Shown here one piece after another: positions 55,901 to 64,000 of a stretch of DNA of 64,000 bases (position 1 is the first letter of the stretch; each line of letters starts with the position of its first letter). Under the pieces are notes generated by a model. It made no database searches, was not told the origin of the DNA, and saw only the letters and a program-made list of their open reading frames with translations. The stretch is from Paramoeba atlantica (Eukaryota; Protista; Discosea), in NCBI GenBank assembly GCA_977017575.1, contig CDRNVI010000041.1, positions 310,001 to 374,000 on the forward strand. The letters run 5' to 3'. The position numbers were made by a program, and so were the translations under genes.

Positions 55901-57017
55901 TAAATTCGATGACAATGTCGAGAGCGTATTGAAGAAGTGGCTCGGTCCATTGACGGAAAAGCAGGTGGAGATGGCCCGGCTGCCCATGAAAAAGGGAGGC
56001 CTAGGATTGACGTCTTGTTCAAAGGTTCGTGAAGCGGCATATTTGGCATCACGCTACCAAGCTCTTGAGCGAATAAAATCTTTTACTGCTCGGGCTTGGT
56101 TGCCAAACCAAAACGTCCCTTACACTGGAGAAGAAGAGAATTCAGCTTTGCCACCTATGGATGAAGTTACGACGGCAGCGGTACTTCACGAAAAAGTGGT
56201 TGCGAGGTTAAAACAAGATCCGGAGTATTCTAATATTTTAAGGGTAACAACCCGAAAGGGAAATTATGATTGGCTTAAATCGGAGGTCCGCTTCGTTCCC
56301 TCACATGCCTTTGAAATACCAGTTATGGCACGACTTGGAATTCCTCACCCAAGAATCCCAGCAACGATCCTATGTCCAGGTTGTAAGACTTTGCTGAACA
56401 ATAAGACTGCTTTGGTACATATCCCAGGGTGCGCTCAGTGTTCGGGGCAGAACGCTACCGTGAAGCACAATCGTCTCGTCAAATACCTCTTTGACCTAAG
56501 TCAAAAGTCAGGGATACCTTGCGAACGTGAACCTAGGGCCTTCAGTTCCTGGAAGTGCGCCACATGTAAAGTGGCTGTGAATCCGGAAAACAGGGGAATT
56601 CATGAGAAGACATGCTCAGGGCGGCAGTTGTTCAGGTCAGGCCCTGACCTCGTGATTTATTGGTCAACAGGCGAACTGTTTTACGACCTTACAGTGATTC
56701 ACGAGCTTGCGCCGTCGAACATTAGTAAGACATGCGCGAACCTGGCAAAAGAAGCAATAAAACGGAAGCATCAAACATACGTAGAATCAGGAAAGATCCC
56801 TGACGTAGCTTTCCAATGCTTGCCGGTTTTTTCTTGCGGATCCTTGCATCAGAACACCCGATTCCTCATCCATGCTTTGGCGGACGCTGCGTGCCTTGAT
56901 CGCCACAGAACAGAGATGGAGTTTAAATTACTGTTGCAAGAACAAAATGGGCTCGAAGTGTATGCGCAGCTTCGTAGTCACCTGGCCGACAGGAAGGTGC
57001 AAGAATTAAGTGTTTAG
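52896..57017 (+). CDS. Clade-2 CRE-like RT-REL polyprotein, family J (open frame; start uncertain, probably 5'-truncated)
   Basis: Pro/Ala-rich N-terminus; RPVAMGE, SVDVKNAFN, GLRQGSPL, FIDD, GGLGL, CPGC, KHN, EPR, SGPDL, YDLTVIH. Confidence 0.85.
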   Translation: MSRLHVKAKEAGVAPVILPLPPTRRKKHSQNTQCAAPPSPAAPSAAPPSLSPAPSAAPPSPAATSLPAVSSATSAAFPLPPDVPVAPAVIVDHPIASPPTVVTTAPPDMLSSPRSAELPVVMCAAPPLLTSDTASVAPIPPPSVSLVGPPPLSRPSMHTSSRRARMRALNLETWKAEPSRQASTKTPPPASHLPSQRTNIETLRPPIASQPLKLPSPLPLRMSYPVELLASPAKAASCSPAAPIGEPNETGKWRIRIKKTCAVAAGALKAASNAMPDAVFNAAGDAQPPDTSKESGQSLEPPVRNEEIAAASEGLEDHSAHEFQDCDSPQGDKPQREGAVHPISFINDEHPDGSSGVFEIMQNTDVKTQFPIPPDEIWRQSKQIKAGTLCSIVWAFANQEKINMACGKVVRTHSKRGGMGKLSMQYTGISGYKEEQEYTGSLPPQENVRIFRIIWHQAPPPIDVTVLRDSTIENHLITLTPDDVHGEGVDLLPIPTVRNISPDLIPCVIATFREIVKDYINADHQQRNIIWHRLLSAMKLSLAGVRRASGRSRRQRPYLKNNDDKEDQAALNDRRAIKRATRLVTEGCASKAARVLDQAFTPSNLPDEETLDKLSELHPQKECDFRIPADAPIMSGIEMEELRAAGKRLAKGANPGPTGMTDSIVRLLLDDELCCINLCHMICDLINGFLGKDVIRRINRSRLVAIPKSCGGVRPVAMGEVLNKLAGIVLMQRYEHTLAPLFAPMQQGVFSKAGCEKIVHQLRNRHSSGYSILSVDVKNAFNSPSRMDIAKHVLAFSALRPFQRFFEVEYSGASELLYYGSEGKLVGTVLSTSGLRQGSPLASMYYCAFFQPMLETLSMEFPEVEFHAFIDDVTMSSLKSAQIEKAFQRLQELMVQYSLTLATKKCIWFGEGSAQPIPPSLKVQGVRNEEEAVKVLGAHIGKENQIKKRLMEAVDKQDTSFQRLKAMGLSNVALILLSQCINVKQQYVMRVHPPSVTKEASTKFDDNVESVLKKWLGPLTEKQVEMARLPMKKGGLGLTSCSKVREAAYLASRYQALERIKSFTARAWLPNQNVPYTGEEENSALPPMDEVTTAAVLHEKVVARLKQDPEYSNILRVTTRKGNYDWLKSEVRFVPSHAFEIPVMARLGIPHPRIPATILCPGCKTLLNNKTALVHIPGCAQCSGQNATVKHNRLVKYLFDLSQKSGIPCEREPRAFSSWKCATCKVAVNPENRGIHEKTCSGRQLFRSGPDLVIYWSTGELFYDLTVIHELAPSNISKTCANLAKEAIKRKHQTYVESGKIPDVAFQCLPVFSCGSLHQNTRFLIHALADAACLDRHRTEMEFKLLLQEQNGLEVYAQLRSHLADRKVQELSV

Positions 57018-57137
57018 TGTGATAATCATAATCTATTAATGTCCTTTATTAAGACCTTCACCTTTATTAAGACCTTTAGGTAATACAATAGAAGTCTACG
57101 CATGGAAATTTAACCGAGGGGCTAATATCGGGTCAAA

Positions 57138-60100
57138 TGCCCGTCGTGATGTGTGCGGCGCCGCCTCTTCTGACCTCCGATACGGCCTCCGTCGCGCCGA
57201 TTCCGCCTCCCTCCGTGTCGCTCGTTGGGCCTCCGCCGTTGTCAAGGCCAAGCATGCACACCTCATCACGAAGAGCACGCATGAGAGCCTTGAACTTAGA
57301 GACATGGAAGGCAGAACCATCACGGCAGGCATCAACAAAAACTCCGCCTCCAGCATCTCATCTCCCTTCACAGCGAACAAACATTGGCTAGGGGGGACCT
57401 TCGATGAGTACTCATCGTAAGTTGTAGACTTTCGATGAGTCTCACGGAAAGTTGTAGACTTTCGATGAGTACTCATCGAAGGTGTTTTTGACTTTTTCAA
57501 TTTTTCGTATTTTATCAATTTTTTGCGAAGGGCCAACTGTGAGCGTAGCCCTGGGACATAATAATACCCGTGCGCTCCAGCGTGCGGGTCGCGCACTGAG
57601 AACCTGTGTCTACCCCTGCTTGGGGGTACGTTCGTTGATTTCTCAACGAAAATCCGGATTTTCGTTGAGTACTCAACGAACGTACCCTGTGACCGTAAAA
57701 AATCTGCAGGTCCTTAGAGGGAGGAGGAAGAAAGGCCCAACTGTGAGCGAAGCCCACGCCTGCAAGCAAGGCCCGACTGTGAGCGAAGCCCACTACTGGT
57801 GGCAAAAGCCCCCGTTTGCGAGCAAGGCCCAACTGTTCGTTAACTTCGTTAACTTAACTTAAACTTCGTTTAACTTATCGTGAAAGATTATTGTACGTGT
57901 GCTTCTCTCTAGATTCGTGGGAAGCAATTTGCGAAGCCCAACTACCTTGATAACAAATTTTAGTACCCATTCGTGGGAAGCAATTGGCGAAACCCAACTA
58001 CCTTGATAACAAATTTTAGTACCCATTTTGGCCGCGCGGGGGCCCCCGCGTGAGCGGGGGTGCGCGCGGCCGCGAAACGGCGAGGGCCCGCGTGAGCGGG
58101 CCTGAGCCGTACCCCGCGTAGGGTTCCCCTGTGTGTCGTTAGTGGGAAGCAATTTTGCGAAGCTCACTGAATTTCGTAGTTTTCGCTACGCAGGCGTTGT
58201 CAACGTATGTAGCGAAGTGTAGGATACTGAACGCACGGAAAAAGAAAATCAAAAAAAATTCTTGGGTGTTCCACAAAAGTCCTTGACTTATGCAAAAGTC
58301 CGTGACTTCCACCGTAAATTTCCGTTCGTTGAGAAATAAACGAACGTACCCCCAACCCGTCTACCTACCCCTTCTTCCAGGATTGTCCAGAGGCAAGGCC
58401 CAACTGTGAGCGTAGCCCACTTCTGGAGGCAAAAGCCCCTGTTTGCAAGCAAGGCCCAACTGTGAGCGTAGCCCTGGGACATAATAATATTTTTTGGCGA
58501 CCCGTGCGCTCCAGCAGCTGAGAACCTGTGTCTACCCCTTCCGCAGGATTGCGAATTTGTTTTCCACAAATGCTCCAGTTTGTTTGCCGCAAACGCTTCG
58601 GTGAGTAATAAAAAAAGCTCGAAAATCGCTATTAGAGTCGCTCAAAAACGCTTCGATGAGTACTCATCGAAAGTTGTAGACTGTCGATGAGACTCACGGA
58701 AAGTTGTAGACTTTCGATGAGTACTCATCGAAGGTCCCCCCTACCCCAAACATTGAAACATTGCGACCTCCAATTGCGTCTCAACCCTTGAAGCTTCCCT
58801 CGCCACTCCCCTTACGGATGTCGTATCCAGTCGAATTGCTAGCATCTCCAGCTAAGGCGGCGTCATGTTCTCCCGCGGCCCCGATTGGAGAACCGAACGA
58901 GACGGGAAAATGGCGCATTCGTATTAAAAAAACTTGTGCCGTCGCAGCTGGCGCCTTAAAAGCGGCATCCAACGCCATGCCAGATGCAGTTTTCAATGCA
59001 GCAGGTGACGCACAACCTCCGGACACGAGCAAGGAATCCGGTCAATCACTTGAGCCACCTGTCAGGAACGAGGAAATAGCAGCCGCATCTGAAGGTTTGG
59101 AGGATCACTCAGCGCATGAGTTCCAGGATTGCGACTCGCCTCAGGGAGATAAACCACAACGGGAAGGTGCTGTCCATCCGATCAGCTTTATTAACGACGA
59201 ACACCCGGACGGAAGCTCAGGAGTCTTTGAGATTATGCAGAACATTGACGTCAAAACACAATTCCCCATACCACCTGACGAAATCTGGAGACAATCCAAG
59301 CAAATAAAGGCAGGAACTTTGTGTTCGATAGTGTGGGCTTTTGCAAATCAGGAAAAGATCAATATGGCGTGCGGTAAGGTAGTGCGAACGCATAGCAAGC
59401 GTGGAGGGATGGGGAAACTCTCAATGCAATACACGGGGATCTCAGGGTACAAAGAAGAACAGGAATACACAGGATCTCTGCCGCCCCAAGAAAACGTGAG
59501 AATCTTCCGCATTATCTGGCATCAAGCGCCACCTCCGATTGATGTTACCGTGTTACGTGATAGCACTATCGAGAATCATCTGATCACACTGACCCCAGAC
59601 GACGTACATGGGGAGGGAGTTGATCTCTTACCAATACCCACCGTTCGGAATATCAGTCCTGACCTTATTCCATGCGTCATCGCAACTTTTCGTGAAATTG
59701 TAAAGGATTACATCAATGCCGATCACCAGCAGAGGAATATTATTTGGCATCGACTGCTGTCGGCGATGAAGCTGTCGCTTGCAGGAGTACGCCGCGCCAG
59801 TGGGAGGAGTAGGAGACAAAGACCATATCTTAAAAATAACGATGACAAGGAAGATCAGGCCGCCTTGAATGACCGGAGAGCTATCAAAAGAGCAACGCGG
59901 TTGGTTACTGAAGGGTGCGCGTCAAAAGCAGCCAGAGTATTAGATCAAGCCTTTACGCCAAGTAATCTTCCGGATGAGGAAACCTTGGACAAGTTGTCAG
60001 AATTGCATCCTCAAAAAGAATGCGACTTCAGAATCCCAGCAGACGCGCCAATAATGTCTGGGATTGAAATGGAAGAACTCCGTGCTGCTGGAAAGCGCCT

Positions 60101-62446
60101 GGCGAAAGGGGCCAATCCGGGTCCAACAGGGATGACGGATAGCATTGTACGGCTGCTGCTTGATGATGAACTTTGCTGCATCAATTTGTGTCACATGATA
60201 TGTGATCTCATCAACGGTTTCCTGGGCAAGGACGTGATTCGTCGCATCAACCGCTCTAGGCTGGTTGCCATTCCCAAAAGTTGTGGAGGGGTTCGCCCAG
60301 TCGCAATGGGTGAGGTGCTCAATAAATTGGCCGGCATAGTCCTAATGCAAAGGTATGAGCATACGCTGGCTCCGTTATTTGCACCCATGCAACAGGGCGT
60401 TTTCTCAAAAGCGGGATGTGAGAAAATAGTGCACCAACTTCGGAATCGCCACAGCAGTGGATATTCCATTCTATCCGTAGACGTTAAAAATGCCTTTAAC
60501 TCGCCGAGCAGAATGGATATAGCAAAGCACGTTTTAGCCTTCAGTGCACTCCGCCCTTTCCAGCGATTCTTCGAGGTCGAATACTCGGGGGCCTCTGAAT
60601 TGCTGTATTATGGTTCAGAAGGAAAATTGGTCGGAACAGTCCTAAGCACATCAGGTCTGCGGCAGGGTTCACCATTGGCTTCCATGTATTATTGCGCCTT
60701 TTTTCAACCCATGCTGGAAACACTGTCGATGGAATTTCCCGAAGTGGAGTTTCACGCTTTCATCGATGACGTTACCATGTCCTCCCTAAAAAGTGCTCAA
60801 ATCGAAAAAGCGTTTCAGAGACTCCAAGAGTTGATGGTTCAATACTCGCTCACGCTAGCAACAAAGAAGTGTATATGGTTTGGGGAGGGGTCGGCTCAGC
60901 CAATCCCACCAAGCCTGAAGGTACAGGGTGTGCGCAATGAGGAAGAAGCGGTCAAAGTATTGGGGGCACACATCGGCAAAGAGAATCAGATCAAGAAAAG
61001 ATTAATGGAAGCAGTGGATAAACAAGATACAAGCTTCCAGAGATTAAAAGCAATGGGATTAAGCAATGTAGCATTGATACTTCTTTCGCAATGTATCAAT
61101 GTTAAGCAACAATACGTCATGCGCGTCCATCCGCCGTCTGTGACAAAGGAGGCCTCCACTAAATTCGATGACAATGTCGAGAGCGTATTGAAGAAGTGGC
61201 TCGGTCCATTGACGGAAAAGCAGGTGGAGATGGCCCGGCTGCCCATGAAAAAGGGAGGCCTAGGATTGACGTCTTGTTCAAAGGTTCGTGAAGCGGCATA
61301 TTTGGCATCACGCTACCAAGCTCTTGAGCGAATAAAATCTTTTACTGCTCGGGCTTGGTTGCCAAACCAAAACGTCCCTTACACTGGAGAAGAAGAGAAT
61401 TCAGCTTTGCCACCTATGGATGAAGTTACGACGGCAGCGGTACTTCACGAAAAAGTGGTTGCGAGGTTAAAACAAGATCCGGAGTATTCTAATATTTTAA
61501 GGGTAACAACCCGAAAGGGAAATTATGATTGGCTTAAATCGGAGGTCCGCTTCGTTCCCTCACATGCCTTTGAAATACCAGTTATGGCACGACTTGGAAT
61601 TCCTCACCCAAGAATCCCAGCAACGATCCTATGTCCAGGTTGTAAGACTTTGCTGAACAATAAGACTGCTTTGGTACATATCCCAGGGTGCGCTCAGTGT
61701 TCGGGGCAGAACGCTACCGTGAAGCACAATCGTCTCGTCAAATACCTCTTTGACCTAAGTCAAAAGTCAGGGATACCTTGCGAACGTGAACCTAGGGCCT
61801 TCAGTTCCTGGAAGTGCGCCACATGTAAAGTGGCTGTGAATCCGGAAAACAGGGGAATTCATGAGAAGACATGCTCAGGGCGGCAGTTGTTCAGGTCAGG
61901 CCCTGACCTCGTGATTTATTGGTCAACAGGCGAACTGTTTTACGACCTTACAGTGATTCACGAGCTTGCGCCGTCGAACATTAGTAAGACATGCGCGAAC
62001 CTGGCAAAAGAAGCAATAAAACGGAAGCATCAAACATACGTAGAATCAGGAAAGATCCCTGACGTAGCTTTCCAATGCTTGCCGGTTTTTTCTTGCGGAT
62101 CCTTGCATCAGAACACCCGATTCCTCATCCATGCTTTGGCGGACGCTGCGTGCCTTGATCGCCACAGAACAGAGATGGAGTTTAAATTACTGTTGCAAGA
62201 ACAAAATGGGCTCGAAGTGTATGCGCAGCTTCGTAGTCACCTGGCCGACAGGAAGGTGCAAGAATTAAGTGTTTAGTGTGATAATCATAATCTATTAATG
62301 TCCTTTATTAAGACCTTCACCTTTATTAAGACCTTTAGGTAATACAATAGAAGTCTACGCATGGAAATTTAACCGAGGGGCTAATATCGGGTCAAATGCC
62401 CCGGAAGGGGGTTATAATTTTCAAAAAAAAAAAAAGAAAAAAAAAA
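57138..62446 (+). mobile_element. Second family J copy (tandem duplicate) interrupted by a TIR element; ends in poly(A)
   Basis: 57138-57385 plus 58747-62276 match 53252-57017; poly(A) 62423-62446. Confidence 0.9.
57386..58746. mobile_element. Non-autonomous TIR DNA transposon, 1361 bp, 8-bp TSD CAAACATT, GG termini (Merlin-like)
   Basis: Left end GGCTAGGGGGGACCTTCGATGAGTACTCATCG, right end reverse-complements to GGGTAGGGGGGACCTTCGATGAGTACTCATCG; CAAACATT at 57378 and 58747; the empty site is seen at about 53489. Confidence 0.85.
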
Positions 62447-62619
62447 TTCTAACACACACTTTCATTCAAATATTTTCATCGCATTCAAACGAACACAGAA
62501 TTTAGGCTCGTAGCTATCTGTCTCTCTCCGCGCTCTTCTCCCTCGGCGTGACGTCGTCTTTGTGTTTCGTGGCCTCGTCTCCCACCCTCGTACGGCAACC
62601 AAAAGTATTTATTACTGCT

Positions 62620-62848
62620 AACGGGGTGGGAGCGGAGGTGCAGGACCATACGGGCCTGGGTGCATGCGGATCGGTGAGTGGGGTAGGGAGTGGGGGAAGG
62701 GAAGTACGAGAGGGCTAAGAGGAGTAGGTGTGGAAAGTATGGGGAGTAAGGGAAAGTGAAGGGCCGTAAGTGTGGAAATTGTGGAAAAGTTGGACTCCAT
62801 ACATAAAAAGTTAGACTCAATACTAAAAAAAAAAAAAAAAAAAAAAAA
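62620..62848 (+). repeat. Purine-rich retroelement 3' tail (P2-related) with poly(A)
   Basis: Ends CATAAAAAGTTAGACTCAATACT-poly(A), like 52730-52778 and 22360-22402. Confidence 0.7.
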
Positions 62849-63509
62849 ATCCATGTCAGACATTCGCATCACCTTGGAGTTGCTGGTTCGTTTGCGTTCG
62901 GGGCAGGTATTTCCATCAATTGGGCTCCATGGAATCTTGAGTGCCCTCCGGATCAGGTCGGGAATGTACCTTGCCTCTGTAGATGGGGGCCCACACAGCT
63001 GTTCGTGTGGACTATTGTGTGTGTGTGTTGGAGGATTGAACTCCATGGATAAAGTTCTGCGTATGCTTGCCTTTTATTTGTGCGTGGTTTTAAATTTCTT
63101 TGGCATTGGCAAATTTTGTTTTGTTTCTCTTTTCCACATGCCGTCCATTTTTGTGCGCTTGTGTTTGTGGAATGTTGTGCCCACTCCACTGCGCAGTGAG
63201 TGTTACAAGGGCTGCCGCCCCCACACGCCCTTTGCTTCACGTTACGGTGGGTATGGCACTTTCGGTGCGTAGACCACTTTACGAAGCGATTGGGAGATGC
63301 ACAAACCCTCCATCACAACGGGGCGTTCGACGCCCCCCTCCCCTCGTGCAAATACGTAGAAATGACTGCACCTCGCCATTCCAGGCCCTGTGCTGACATG
63401 TTTGTTTATCATGCGCTCTTTGGCGCAGAGATAATCCTCTTAATGCGACGGCCGATATCATCGGCACATAATCCGCCCACAACGGATGTCGCCAAAGGGG
63501 GTTCGACAC

Positions 63510-63811
63510 GGACTCGGTCGGTATAGGGGGTCCAGGCAACTCGCCCTCTCTTTACGCAGCCGGAGGGGCGTACTGCAACCGACTCGGCCCCAGTCGGTAG
63601 AGGTGGTCCAGGCAACTCACCACCTCTTTACGCAGCCGGAGGGGCGTACTGCAACCGACTCGGTCCCAGTCGGTAGAGGTGGTCCAGGCAACTCACCACC
63701 TCTTTACGCAGCCGGAGGGGCGTACTGCAACCGACTCGGTCCCAGTCGGTAGAGGTGGTCCAGGCAACTCACCACCTCTTTACGCAGCCGGAGGGGCGCA
63801 CTGCAACCGAC
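63510..63811. repeat. About 4 copies of a 76-bp hairpin-rich tandem repeat
   Basis: GGCAACTC at 63535, 63611, 63687 and 63763. Confidence 0.9.
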
Positions 63812-64000
63812 CGCTGCCTCGCGATAATGCGAGGCAGAGTCACGCCCAGTGGTCCTCAAGGGAGGCCACCATGGCGCATAGCTCCCGGGAAGAGACAGGC
63901 GCGAGAAGAAGAAAGCCGGGGAGGGAAGAAAACTCACTCAAGGAGTGAGCCGGGGAGGGGTGAAAAGTCGGAAGTACGTCCCCTACTTCCACGACAAAGA

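Noticed and set aside
57399-57482. Hammerhead ribozyme from GATGAG...CGAAA
   Set aside because: No CTGATGA core; the sequence is a DNA palindrome in the transposon ends
62849-63500. Unique-looking sequence with short ORFs (also 39770-40270 and 33450-33830)
   Set aside because: No motif, homology or structure I can support

Overview
The window is a euglenozoan (kinetoplastid-like) retroelement array with no ordinary host genes. Almost all of it is a head-to-tail, plus-strand stack of CRE-clade non-LTR retrotransposons (RT plus restriction-like endonuclease), separated by about 30 plus-strand poly(A) tracts. Family letters A-K are my own labels. Clade 1 has at least six divergent families (A-F); two ORFs are intact, at 25499-29077 and 45798-49739. 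Clade 2 has families G, H, J and K. Every clade-1 copy that keeps its 5' end starts with a spliced-leader (SL) exon and encodes an N-terminal LsmAD-like (Ataxin-2/PBP1) domain. Families A, C, D, E, F and the clade-2 family G share a roughly 240-nt 3' RNA structure supported by compensatory base changes. Different poly(A) tails repeatedly abut the same nucleotide (TAA^CGA in the SL and at a cryptic site in family C), which suggests an array that regenerates its own target site. Passengers include a poly(A)-tailed TATE/DIRS-like YR-RT-RNaseH fragment, an RT-RNaseH LINE with no visible endonuclease, a Merlin-like transposase remnant, a TIR element with an 8-bp TSD, 205-bp palindromes, tRNA-like Pol III boxes and a 59-67 bp minisatellite. 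All domain and family calls come from reading motifs by eye; no database searches were run. Some duplications or frameshifts could be assembly errors.
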